From contig JBKSMP010000015.1 of assembly GCA_046881885.1 (NCBI GenBank), positions 1 through 28,938 of the forward strand: a stretch of 28,938 nt of DNA, in the 5' to 3' direction. Origin of the DNA: Opitutales bacterium. GTDB lineage: Bacteria; Verrucomicrobiota; Verrucomicrobiia; Opitutales; UBA9783. Shown piece by piece: positions 1 to 8,771 of the stretch. Position 1 is the stretch's first letter. The number at the start of each line of letters is the position of its first letter. Under the pieces are notes generated by a model. It searched no databases. It had not been told where the DNA came from and saw only the letters and a list, made by a program, of their open reading frames with translations. The position numbers and the translations under genes were made by a program.

Positions 1-1164
1 AATGAAATTTTTGCAGAAAATCATCGCATTCCCCATTGGCATAAAATTAGTCGTGATTTAGAATCTAATTTAGCACTAAAACGATTCCTTAATATAAACA
101 TGCTTTATAGACCTTGTCTAATAAAGCTCATCGATCCTGATAATCTAAGCAATTGGAACTATCATCTTCGTGAACAGAAACTTCCATTCTTTATAACGCT
201 AGCTCATGAATTTTTACACGCGCTGAATCAATTAGAGAGAATAGATTTATACTGGTTTACTTATTGTACTTTTGAAGATTTCAATAAAAATTTCTTAAGA
301 ACGTTAGATGATATGATTTCTATGTATGATTTTTTAACAAACAAACTAGATTTACAAAAAAATAGCATCATTTTCCAAAAAACATGCAAAGAATTATGGG
401 GAAATAATCACTTCTTAGACGAAATGACAGTCATTTTAAGCAGTGAACGGAAAATAAGTTGTGAAAAAACAGTTTTCATTGGAGAAACAACATTTTTACG
501 AGAATATTATCAAGATGACACAATAATATCTTGGTCCCACAATTCTGCTAAAAATATAGATTTTTGGCAAAAAATGTCTGCCATTTTAAATAAAAACTAT
601 GTAAATAAGGTTTTAAAAAATAAACAATTTGGTTTTGAAAAATCAAATATTAAACAATTTGAATTTGATCAAAATCAAGAAATTAACAAAGAAAGTTTAA
701 AATACACAATTCCTGAAAGTTTCGAAGATTATAAGCAAGAAGCTCAAAGCAAAATAAATAATAATGTAGCATCAAAAATTTCTATAGAAAATCAAATAAC
801 ACATCAAAGTCAGGTATTTGAAAGTTTAAAAACAAAACAAGGTTTATCTTTGCTTCCCAAATATTACACATCAATTACTTTAGAAGGATATGAACTTGTA
901 GATTTATTGGACAATACAGATATTTTTTCTGAAGAAATGATATTTGAAAAATTCAAAAATTTTCTTAATGAGAATTGTGGACTTTTATTTAAGACAGATA
1001 CAGAAAATCAAATACAATATTATGAATACAAGCCTTTGAAAAAACGACATTATTTTTCATCAGCTAAACAAATAATACTTGATATTTTTAAAAATGTAGA
1101 TTGTCAAAAAATTTATTATTATAACGGTGTTAATTTTCAAAAATTCAAAAAACTAGACATTTAA
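1..1164 (+). CDS. Hypothetical protein with HExxH motif (putative zinc metalloprotease, effector-like); 5' end probably outside the window
   Basis: Frame 1 is open from base 1, with no stop before the ATG at 100, so the ORF likely continues upstream. Stop TAA at 1162-1164. HEFLH is encoded at 205-219. Very AT-rich and Asn/Lys/Phe-rich. No further family recognised. Confidence 0.55.
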   Translation, partial: NEIFAENHRIPHWHKISRDLESNLALKRFLNINMLYRPCLIKLIDPDNLSNWNYHLREQKLPFFITLAHEFLHALNQLERIDLYWFTYCTFEDFNKNFLRTLDDMISMYDFLTNKLDLQKNSIIFQKTCKELWGNNHFLDEMTVILSSERKISCEKTVFIGETTFLREYYQDDTIISWSHNSAKNIDFWQKMSAILNKNYVNKVLKNKQFGFEKSNIKQFEFDQNQEINKESLKYTIPESFEDYKQEAQSKINNNVASKISIENQITHQSQVFESLKTKQGLSLLPKYYTSITLEGYELVDLLDNTDIFSEEMIFEKFKNFLNENCGLLFKTDTENQIQYYEYKPLKKRHYFSSAKQIILDIFKNVDCQKIYYYNGVNFQKFKKLDI

Positions 1165-1171
1165 TCAAAAC

Positions 1172-1204
1172 TAGACTCTTTTATTGCAAAATGAGAAGAG
1201 TCTA
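1172..1204. terminator. Hairpin between convergent genes (candidate bidirectional intrinsic terminator)
   Basis: TAGACTCTT (1172-1180) and AAGAGTCTA (1196-1204) form a perfect 9-bp inverted repeat, extendable by two more pairs. It lies between the stop at 1164 (+) and the stop at 1209 (-), with A/T runs on both sides. Confidence 0.5.
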
Positions 1205-1208
1205 ATTT

Positions 1209-1829
1209 TTAATCTTCCTCATTATTCTGTTCAACAATAAAACAACTTCTAATATTGCCACCTAAACGTTTTATATATTTTCCCAAAGGAGTTGTATAAT
1301 CAGGCATACAGCGAACAGCTCCTTTTAAATAAATACTATCTAAGACATTGTGTATTTCTATTCGTTTGCAAAAATCACCAGGTACAAGATAATTTTTTTC
1401 ATTCGCAATTTTTAGCATATAGGCACAGATACGATAGAAATTTCTTAATGCTATATGATTTTCATTATCAATTTCTTTTTGTTGATCACACCAAGCATGA
1501 AAACTTTCTTCTGTTGCGGAAGCTTTTTCTAAAGATTGTTTTACTTGTTCGTCATAAATCTTCCAATAGTTATCTCCACATTTTTGTACCAATTCTTCCG
1601 GTAAGTTTAGCCGCAACCCAATATAAGCAACAGAAAAGTAATATTTTTTCCATAATATAGAATCATTACTACAAAAAAGTTCAGCAGGCAACTCTACACC
1701 ATCGATTCCTTCTACCACTAGCGTCGGTCCTCCTTCGTAAAATACATCTATCCGATTCCCCCAGACACAGAGCCCGTTTACCCCTATTATTACTCCAGCG
1801 CAAACTAATTTCGTGATTTTACTTAACAT
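1209..1829 (-). CDS. Hypothetical protein with N-terminal hydrophobic segment
   Basis: 206-codon ORF. The ATG (complement of 1827-1829) is preceded by AAGGAGG (complement of 1834-1840). N-terminus KLVCAGVIIGVNGLCVW is signal/TM-like. The antisense ORF 1292-1660 has implausible composition and no SD. Confidence 0.6.
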   Translation of the reverse strand: MLSKITKLVCAGVIIGVNGLCVWGNRIDVFYEGGPTLVVEGIDGVELPAELFCSNDSILWKKYYFSVAYIGLRLNLPEELVQKCGDNYWKIYDEQVKQSLEKASATEESFHAWCDQQKEIDNENHIALRNFYRICAYMLKIANEKNYLVPGDFCKRIEIHNVLDSIYLKGAVRCMPDYTTPLGKYIKRLGGNIRSCFIVEQNNEED

Positions 1830-2027
1830 TTGTCCTCCTTGTGTATGCTTTCTTGTTTTATTTGCAGTGCCCGTGGCTTTCAGCCGTCCTTTTTACTTTG
1901 TAGCAGCTTTAGGCGATTCTTGTAAAGATTAAATGTTGGGTTTTGTTAGGGATTAGGCATAATAATTTTTTTATAAAATGCGATTTTTGTTTTATTTAAG
2001 CGAAAAAAACTTGCTTAGTCGAATTTT

Positions 2028-2600
2028 TTGACTTACTTCGATAGTGTGGAAAAGATTATTTATTCATTGGTTGTTATGTTTTTTTGTGGATTAAATACCT
2101 ATGGAGTGTGGGAACCTTTGAGAGGTATGGCTTGTGATTTACAACAGGAAAATGCTTTTGATTTTGAAATTGTTTCTTTCGAAAGAGAGCCGTTTCGACT
2201 ACAGTACAAGGGTTTTTTTACAAAAGCGGATGGAGAAATCCGTTATTTATTTACGGTAGAAGAACGTTCTTTGGTCCATATTGCGGTTCAAGAAAACTGT
2301 CCAGAAGGATTTTCTTTACTACAAATTAATGATACTAAAAATGAGGTGATTGTACGTGATAGTATTGAGGGAAAGGATTATTCTTTGAAATTAGGCGAAA
2401 CAAGCTACAGAAAGGATCGTTTTCAGTGTACCGTTAGAAATCTTAAGGATGGTCAAATTTATACCTTTTCAGATAAATCATTGCGGTGGTTAGATGAACA
2501 AAAAAGCTTAAGTTTATGCTATAAAGAAGATTCATTCATCTTGTTACTTCAAAGAAAAAATGAAGTTCCTTTAGCGTTTAGATTTGTGCTTGAATCTTAG
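2028..2600 (+). CDS. Hypothetical membrane-anchored protein (possible PilP/GspC-HR-like beta domain); start uncertain (TTG 2028 or ATG 2076)
   Basis: 190-codon ORF with hydrophobic stretch IIYSLVVMFFCGLNTYGVW. No clear SD at either start. The segment FRLQYKGFF..IRYLFTV..GFSLLQINDTKNEVIVRD resembles the PilP / GspC HR-domain pattern from memory only. Confidence 0.5.
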   Translation: MTYFDSVEKIIYSLVVMFFCGLNTYGVWEPLRGMACDLQQENAFDFEIVSFEREPFRLQYKGFFTKADGEIRYLFTVEERSLVHIAVQENCPEGFSLLQINDTKNEVIVRDSIEGKDYSLKLGETSYRKDRFQCTVRNLKDGQIYTFSDKSLRWLDEQKSLSLCYKEDSFILLLQRKNEVPLAFRFVLES

Positions 2601-2642
2601 AAATTCCTGAGGTAGAATTTATAAAATAAGGATAGAGATTAT

Positions 2643-3752
2643 ATGTTAAAAGTTGGAATTGTTGGGTTACCAAATGTCGGAAAAAGTACGCTATTTAATG
2701 CGGTTACAAGAACGCATAAAGCAGAAGCGGCGAACTACCCTTTTTGTACGATTGAGCCAAATGTTGGGATTGTAGAAGTTCCGGATGAGCGTTTGCAAGT
2801 ACTCAAAGATTTGGTTCAAGCGCAGAAAATAGTGCCTGCTGCTATTGAATTTGTAGACATTGCTGGTCTTGTAAAAGGGGCTTACAAGGGGGAAGGCCTC
2901 GGAAATCAATTTTTGGCCAATATTCGCGAAGTAGATGCGATTATTCAAGTTGTTCGTTGTTTTGATGACGAGGATATTTTGCATAATATGGGTAGTGTAG
3001 ATCCTGTACGGGATATCGATGTCATTCGTACGGAACTTTTATTGGCGGATGTTCAATCGGTTGAGCAGCAAGTTGAACGTTGGGCCAAAAAGGCAAAATC
3101 TGCCGATAAAGAAGCTGTTGCTATGCATGCCCTATTAAAACGTCTTTGTGAGCATCTGAATCAAGGAAAGCCAGCCAATGCTTTTGGTGTTGATGATGAA
3201 GATGCAATCCGTATGAAAACCTTATGTTTACTTACTCAAAAACCGGTTGTATACGTATGCAATGTATCCGAGAATGATTTGCAAGATCCGGAAAAAAATC
3301 TTTACGTACAAGCTGTGCGAGCGTATTTAGAGCAAGTAGAAGAGAGTTTATATTGTTGTTTGTCAGCGAAACTAGAAGCGGAATTAGCAGATTTGTCTGC
3401 TGAGGATGCGGCGGAATATTTGCAAACACTTAATTTAAAAGATAGTGGCGTAAACCATCTTATAAAAACTGCGTATCGCTTGTTGGGATTGGCTTCTTAT
3501 TTTACAGCTGGTGTGCAAGAAGTGCATGCTTGGACATTTAAATTAGGCATGAAGGCGCCTGAATGTGCAGGCGTCATTCATACCGATTTTCAGCGAGGAT
3601 TTATAAAAGCAGAAGTTGTAGATTACGCCGATTTTGTGGAATATGGTGGCTTTTTAGGGGCACGAGAAAAAGGAAAAGTGCGCTTAGAAGGTAAAGAGTA
3701 TGTGTTTAAAGAAGGGGATGTAACTTTATTTAAATTTAATGTTACAAAATAG
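2643..3752 (+). CDS. ychF: Ribosome-binding ATPase YchF (Obg-like GTPase family)
   Basis: N-terminus MLKVGIVGLPNVGKSTLFNA (P-loop), ANYPFCTIEPNVG, DIAGLVKGA..GEGLGNQFL, and a C-terminal TGS-like end EGKEYVFKEGDV. Length of 369 aa is typical. AAGGATAGAG lies upstream of the ATG. Confidence 0.95.
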   Translation: MLKVGIVGLPNVGKSTLFNAVTRTHKAEAANYPFCTIEPNVGIVEVPDERLQVLKDLVQAQKIVPAAIEFVDIAGLVKGAYKGEGLGNQFLANIREVDAIIQVVRCFDDEDILHNMGSVDPVRDIDVIRTELLLADVQSVEQQVERWAKKAKSADKEAVAMHALLKRLCEHLNQGKPANAFGVDDEDAIRMKTLCLLTQKPVVYVCNVSENDLQDPEKNLYVQAVRAYLEQVEESLYCCLSAKLEAELADLSAEDAAEYLQTLNLKDSGVNHLIKTAYRLLGLASYFTAGVQEVHAWTFKLGMKAPECAGVIHTDFQRGFIKAEVVDYADFVEYGGFLGAREKGKVRLEGKEYVFKEGDVTLFKFNVTK

Positions 3753-3756
3753 AAGC

Positions 3757-3785
3757 TTGATTTTAAAAATGAAATAAACTATAAT
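3757..3785 (+). promoter_or_regulatory. Sigma70-like promoter for the T2SS operon (TTGATT-N17-TATAAT)
   Basis: -35 TTGATT at 3757-3762, a 17-nt spacer, and a perfect -10 TATAAT at 3780-3785. Only 6 nt (atagtc) separate the -10 from the gspG ATG at 3792. No SD lies in between. Confidence 0.4.
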
Positions 3786-3791
3786 ATAGTC

Positions 3792-4238
3792 ATGATGAGC
3801 AATAAATGTAAGAATAATCGTGGTTTTTCTCTGGTTGAAATATTAGTGGCTTTGGCCTTAATGGGAATGGTTTTGGGATTAGTTATTGTTAATTCCGAAT
3901 CTATTTTTGGAGGCGGTCAGAAAAAGGTTGCGAAGTTGTTTGTTTCTAAAACAATCGATGTTCCTTTGATGGCCTACAGAGCTCATGTGGGAAATTATCC
4001 TACAACCGAGGAAGGTTTAACGGCATTATTAAAGGCGCCTATGGGTAAATCAAGTCGTTGGCAAGGTCCTTATATTAAAGATCGCGAAGGCTTGGTAGAT
4101 CCTTGGGGCAATCCTTATCAGTATCGTTATCCAGGTGCTCATAATCGTAATAGTTACGATGTATGGTCTATGGGACCTGGCGGTCAAAGTGGTGACGATG
4201 ATGATATCGGAAATTGGGATGATAATGACCAAGAATAA
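3792..4238 (+). CDS. gspG: Type II secretion major pseudopilin GspG
   Basis: Prepilin leader plus G|FSLVEILVALALMG (G-1, F+1, E+5). Also GNYPTTEEGLTALL, WQGPYIK, DPWGNPYQYRYPG, YDVWSMGPGG, all classic GspG signatures. Unusual acidic tail GDDDDIGNWDDNDQE. Confidence 0.9.
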   Translation: MMSNKCKNNRGFSLVEILVALALMGMVLGLVIVNSESIFGGGQKKVAKLFVSKTIDVPLMAYRAHVGNYPTTEEGLTALLKAPMGKSSRWQGPYIKDREGLVDPWGNPYQYRYPGAHNRNSYDVWSMGPGGQSGDDDDIGNWDDNDQE

Positions 4239-4256
4239 ATCTAAGCTCTTTTAAAT

Positions 4257-4751
4257 ATGTCAAATAGGACGTATAGATCTTTGGGGTTTTCTTTAATAGA
4301 ATTACTCTTGGTTGTAGCATTGATCGGATTGATTTCTGCTGTTTGTGTTATCCATTTTGATACGCTACAATCTGTGTTTTCTGGAGAATCCATGCGTCCT
4401 ATAGATATTTTAAAGCGGACAATAGCTCAAGGACGTTTGTGGTCTTCCCAAGGCTGTCGTGAGATTTATGTCGAATGTCGCGAAACTGAATTTGCATTAA
4501 AAGATGGTGCTGGTGAAGACTTGAGTGTCGTTCCTTTTGCTAAAGAAGGGGATAATTGGCGTTGTAAATTTTGGGCAGGAGAATTAACTCATGATGGTTT
4601 ATTAAAACCTTCGCAAGAATCGGTAACGCAGTTTAAAATTCATCCATCGGGAATGATTACCAGTACCTTTGTTGAATTTGCTTTAGATGAAGATAAAGAG
4701 CAATACGAGATTAATCCGTTTTCAGGAAATTGTATAGAAGCACAATGGTAA
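4257..4751 (+). CDS. Minor pseudopilin (GspH-like by position)
   Basis: N-terminal prepilin motif LGFSLIELLLVVALIGL. 164 aa, directly after gspG. The H assignment rests on gene order only. Confidence 0.6.
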   Translation: MSNRTYRSLGFSLIELLLVVALIGLISAVCVIHFDTLQSVFSGESMRPIDILKRTIAQGRLWSSQGCREIYVECRETEFALKDGAGEDLSVVPFAKEGDNWRCKFWAGELTHDGLLKPSQESVTQFKIHPSGMITSTFVEFALDEDKEQYEINPFSGNCIEAQW

Positions 4752-5182
4752 AGAAAAGAAGAGCTTTTGGGGGATTTACGCTGATAGAAGTGATTATTGC
4801 ACTTTCTTTGTTTGCCGTTTCCGTCATGGTCTTGACGCAAAGTTTTGTGAATGGATTGAGTTTAAAGGCTAGTCTGAAGCATGAAAGTAAGCAACCTTTA
4901 ATGTATGAAATGATTCGTGCTTCTCTATTGCAGATGAAACGTGAATCGGTCCCTTCGACTCACAAATTTGTTTATCCTGCAAGTGAAGACGGTTTTTCGT
5001 GGCAAGGAAAAGTTGAAGCATCTGATTGGCCTAGTTTGTTTAAAGTTATCGTAAAGATAGATGGAGAATTAGAAGAAGAATTGTTTTGGGTACGTCGTCC
5101 TGATTGGGTAAGTGAGTCAGAAGTTCAACAATATGCATCAAAAATTCTTAATGAACCGGAGCGAGAAGATGTTAAATTGTAG
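4745..5182 (+). CDS. Minor pseudopilin (GspI-like by position)
   Basis: ATG 4745 gives MVKKRRAFGGFTLIEVIIALSLFAV (prepilin motif). It overlaps the upstream stop by 7 nt, suggesting translational coupling. The ORF-track start at 4730 adds five residues and is less likely. Confidence 0.6.
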   Translation: MVKKRRAFGGFTLIEVIIALSLFAVSVMVLTQSFVNGLSLKASLKHESKQPLMYEMIRASLLQMKRESVPSTHKFVYPASEDGFSWQGKVEASDWPSLFKVIVKIDGELEEELFWVRRPDWVSESEVQQYASKILNEPEREDVKL

Positions 5183-5921
5183 ACGTAAATATGCAGGTTT
5201 TACTTTGGTTGAAGTGGTCATTTCTTTGGCCTTAGGTGGCTTAATTATGACATCTGTAATGGCATTGTTTGTTGGATTTGTGCAAGCATGGGAGAGCAAG
5301 GAGACTAAATACGACCAGTTTATTGACCAAATTGATGGTTGTGTACGCTTTCTTTCAAATGAATTGAAAACAGTAACGGTATTGCCAAAAGGAAAGGATG
5401 TAGAAAGCAGTGCTTGGCAATTAATGCGTTTACAAGAAGCAGAATATGCTCAGGGGGAACGTATTGTTTTAGGTTGTAAACGTGTTTGTAATTTTAATAT
5501 TTCTGCTAAAGATACCGAAGGTATCAAGTTCGTTGTACTTATGCATGCAAATGAACAATTGATCTTTTGTTATGAAGAACCTGAAGTAGTGGCTAAGCGT
5601 ATGGCAGAAGGTGTTGAGGCTTCAGGAAATGTAAAAACAAATCGTTGGGTCTTAAGTTCCTGTCTTAAAAAATGGGAATTTGGCCATTTTGATTCTGAAA
5701 AAGGAACATGGGAGTTTCTTTCAAGTTTAGAACAATATTCGCAGCGATTTTCAGATAAAAAGCAGCCGAATGTTTTTCCAAATGGATTGCTTTTAACTTT
5801 TACCTTTGAAGATGTAGAAGAACAAAGGTTTATTCCGCTAATGAATGTAATCGATTCAAGCAAGCTGGATGTCGATTTTAGAAAAGGCGTAGAAAAGAGT
5901 GGAGAAAAAAATGAAGCATAA
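5169..5921 (+). CDS. Minor pseudopilin (GspJ-like by position)
   Basis: ATG 5169 gives MLNCRRKYAGFTLVEVVISLALGGLIM (prepilin motif). It overlaps the upstream gene by 14 nt. The ORF-track start at 5112 lies inside the previous gene. Confidence 0.55.
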   Translation: MLNCRRKYAGFTLVEVVISLALGGLIMTSVMALFVGFVQAWESKETKYDQFIDQIDGCVRFLSNELKTVTVLPKGKDVESSAWQLMRLQEAEYAQGERIVLGCKRVCNFNISAKDTEGIKFVVLMHANEQLIFCYEEPEVVAKRMAEGVEASGNVKTNRWVLSSCLKKWEFGHFDSEKGTWEFLSSLEQYSQRFSDKKQPNVFPNGLLLTFTFEDVEEQRFIPLMNVIDSSKLDVDFRKGVEKSGEKNEA

Positions 5922-7059
5922 AACGAAGGGAGCTGTTTTAATTTTTGTCTTGGGAATGCTCATGGCGCTTTCTGGGCTTGTATGTGTATTTGTTTCTAGT
6001 GTTATCCAAGAAGTTTTGTTGAAATTACAGATACAAGGGAAAGGTGACCTCAAGCACTATGCCCAAAATGCATTTAATGCGGTTTGGTGTGGTTTAGAAG
6101 ATGCACTTCGCAAAGATGAATTATGCAGTCCTTTACAGGGATGGAATCAAATTATTTCTTCTATAAATTTAGGCATGCCGGATTCCGTAATAGTTGAAGT
6201 TAATGTGCAAGATGAATCTAGAAAAATTCCTTTAAATTTTGCAAATCACGAACAATTAGTTGCGCTATTTAGTTTTTTTACAGAACGTTGGGATGCGCAG
6301 AATTTAATGCGTGAGTTTTCGAAATGGAAGGAACGTAAACAGGTCGAAAGTAAGTTATTGGAAGTGGATCATTTAGGTACAACTGAGAAAAAAGTTACAA
6401 AAAAATCTAAAGAATCGGAAGAAAATTCAGAAGAACCTAAAAAAATGTTCCCTAAAGTACTCTTTCCAAAAGAGCTTGTTGCATTTAAACAGTTAGAAGA
6501 ATTGGAATCTTTTCGACGTGTATTTTTTACAGATACACAAGAAAGTAATAAGAAGTTAGAACAATTAAAGGCTTGTGCGTCTTTATGGACGAATTGGCCG
6601 GTTAATATTAATTCTGCCTCGAAAGATTTGCTGGAAATTTTATCCAAACTTGTTTCTTTTGATGTAGATACAATAGCCAATTATTTAAATCTCGAAAATA
6701 AAACGGAAGTAAAATCGAATTATTACAAAGATTTAGACGAATTAAAAAAATTAGGCCATGGAACCTTAACTTTTGGCATGACTCTTGCTTCAGAAGATCA
6801 TACAACACAAGACTCTACAAAAAAAGGAAAGGTTAATGAAAATGCTAAAAATTTACTTTGTACTCAAGCACAACTTTTGCAGGTGGATATCGCTGTTCGA
6901 CAAACGGATATCGTTTATCACCTGTTTGGACTATTTAAAGTGGAACAAAACAAGGACGTTAGTCGTAAACAATTAAAAACAAAGGGCATAAATAACAGTA
7001 AAGAACTCATGGAAAGAAAACTTACGCTGTTAGCTTTATCAGAAAATCCGTTACAATGA
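5911..7059 (+). CDS. Minor pseudopilin GspK-like
   Basis: GGAGAAAAAA precedes ATG 5911. N-terminus MKHKTKGAVLIFVLGMLMALSGLV lacks Glu+5, as GspK does. PVNINSASKDLLEIL matches the GspK (I/V)N(I/V)NTA helix-hairpin-helix motif. Contains a Lys/Glu-rich insertion (KKVTKKSKESEENSEEPKK). Confidence 0.65.
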   Translation: MKHKTKGAVLIFVLGMLMALSGLVCVFVSSVIQEVLLKLQIQGKGDLKHYAQNAFNAVWCGLEDALRKDELCSPLQGWNQIISSINLGMPDSVIVEVNVQDESRKIPLNFANHEQLVALFSFFTERWDAQNLMREFSKWKERKQVESKLLEVDHLGTTEKKVTKKSKESEENSEEPKKMFPKVLFPKELVAFKQLEELESFRRVFFTDTQESNKKLEQLKACASLWTNWPVNINSASKDLLEILSKLVSFDVDTIANYLNLENKTEVKSNYYKDLDELKKLGHGTLTFGMTLASEDHTTQDSTKKGKVNENAKNLLCTQAQLLQVDIAVRQTDIVYHLFGLFKVEQNKDVSRKQLKTKGINNSKELMERKLTLLALSENPLQ

Positions 7060-8210
7060 TGAGTGAAAATATAGAGAAATCAGAAAACGAAATGTCCGTT
7101 GAGTCCACATTGGATATCGTTGGAAATTTTTTATTCCTTCCGGATTCATTTTTCATTTTCAAAGCATTTGATGTGGAATCGGGAACTGCGAGTAAAAAAA
7201 TTTTAGATACGGCATTTAATCAAATTGTTGAGCAAGCTCCATTGCCCATAGAACAATTGATGTGGGGCATTGTCCCAATCGATGAAGAAAAAGGTCAATG
7301 GCTTTGGTATGCGGGCTTGAAAGACAGAATTCAAAGCTTCATAGGAGACATCAAAGACAAGCATTTGTTGCCGTATGGTGCCTTAGGGGTTTTACTTGCT
7401 AAAAAAGCAGAATGTTGCCTATTTGTTACACATGAGCATACTTCTGTTCTTGTTGATAAGCAACCTATGCATTTTTTAACAGAAGCGACCAATGACTTTA
7501 CTTCTGTACAAGAATTGCTGTCAGAAGAACAAAAGCAATTTCCGTTGCGTCGCATTTGTTTAGAAACAGTAAAAGAAACGACAACCTATGATTATACCTT
7601 AACGCTTCTTTCGCAAGTGCCTGATGGAGCTGAAGAAAAGCAAGAGGTAGATGTATTAGAGTCGCATTTATGGTTAGCAGACATTCGCGATAAGGAAGTA
7701 TTAACCCATTTAAAATCGCAGCAAAAGTGGACACGTATCTCTAACGTAGGCGTTAAGCTAGGTGCGATAGTGTTTACTGGCCTTTTAAGTTTGCAGCTTG
7801 TTTTAGGACTAGGATTTTCGCTTTTTCATGGTAAAGAGCGTAAACATAAACGTTTGCAACCTATTGCCAAAAAAGTTGAAAATAAGGATGCGTTGATTGG
7901 GCAAATGCAGATTATTATGGCTCAAGAATTACGTCCTTTTGAATTGCTAGGTTTGTTGAATGAATTACGCCCCAAAACCATTTATTTTTCTTCAGCGACC
8001 ATCGATAATATTCACAATATTATTGTAGAAGCCGTTGCGGAGAATGCAAAGGACGTGGATGCGTATGTTCGTGCATTAAGAGAAAGTGGACGTTTTTTGG
8101 AAGTTAATATTGACAATATTAACGCTTCTTATCAAGGTACGAAATTCAAGTTATCTTGTGATTTCAATGAGCAAAGATCGGATCACCCATTTAATGATGA
8201 AGGAGATTAA
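7056..8210 (+). CDS. GspL-like (PilM/PilN-like) bitopic assembly-platform protein
   Basis: 384 aa. The ATG overlaps the upstream TGA (ATGATG at 7056). About 240 aa of cytoplasmic part, then a single TM (VGVKLGAIVFTGLLSLQLVLGLGFSLF), then a ~120-aa C-terminal domain. Call rests on topology and position only. Confidence 0.45.
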   Translation: MMSENIEKSENEMSVESTLDIVGNFLFLPDSFFIFKAFDVESGTASKKILDTAFNQIVEQAPLPIEQLMWGIVPIDEEKGQWLWYAGLKDRIQSFIGDIKDKHLLPYGALGVLLAKKAECCLFVTHEHTSVLVDKQPMHFLTEATNDFTSVQELLSEEQKQFPLRRICLETVKETTTYDYTLTLLSQVPDGAEEKQEVDVLESHLWLADIRDKEVLTHLKSQQKWTRISNVGVKLGAIVFTGLLSLQLVLGLGFSLFHGKERKHKRLQPIAKKVENKDALIGQMQIIMAQELRPFELLGLLNELRPKTIYFSSATIDNIHNIIVEAVAENAKDVDAYVRALRESGRFLEVNIDNINASYQGTKFKLSCDFNEQRSDHPFNDEGD

Positions 8211-8213
8211 GAT

Positions 8214-8771
8214 ATGAAGGCTTTTATAGAAAAATTACAGTCTCGATTTAACCAGTTTAATTGCCGAGAAAAAGTATTTCTACTGCTATTTATCTGGGGA
8301 TTAAACATCGTTTTCATCGACTTATGTATTAAGCAGACGAAAACCTTAACACATCGTTTTAAGGTTATTAATGCCAAAATAGATCATTGTCAACATTGGA
8401 TAGAAAATACCGCCCATGTCAATGATAAGTTTGACATTATGATGACGTTAATGGATCCTGAAAAAACCTATTCAGGTGCTGCTTTTGCGGGAGAAGTTGA
8501 AAGTGCTGTTCGTGAAAATGGTATTAATTATTCCATGTCTTCGCCCAAAACGCGGCAAGGGGAAATTTTTGATGCGCATACCTTGCAATTACATTGTACG
8601 AATGCTTCGTTGCAGCGTCTGATCGCTTTTGAAGATGCTATCTATCAAAAAAAACCTTATCTTAGCATGGAAAAAGTCAAAATACATGCAAATTTATTTA
8701 ACCCAGAATTGCTCGAAGTTGATTTTTCTTTGAGTGCATTACAACTAAAGGATTTAAGAAATGAAAACTAA
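8214..8771 (+). CDS. GspM-like (PilO-like) bitopic assembly-platform protein
   Basis: 185 aa, starting 3 nt after the upstream stop. N-terminal TM VFLLLFIWGLNIVFIDLCI followed by a soluble domain. Call rests on topology and position only. Confidence 0.4.
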   Translation: MKAFIEKLQSRFNQFNCREKVFLLLFIWGLNIVFIDLCIKQTKTLTHRFKVINAKIDHCQHWIENTAHVNDKFDIMMTLMDPEKTYSGAAFAGEVESAVRENGINYSMSSPKTRQGEIFDAHTLQLHCTNASLQRLIAFEDAIYQKKPYLSMEKVKIHANLFNPELLEVDFSLSALQLKDLRNEN

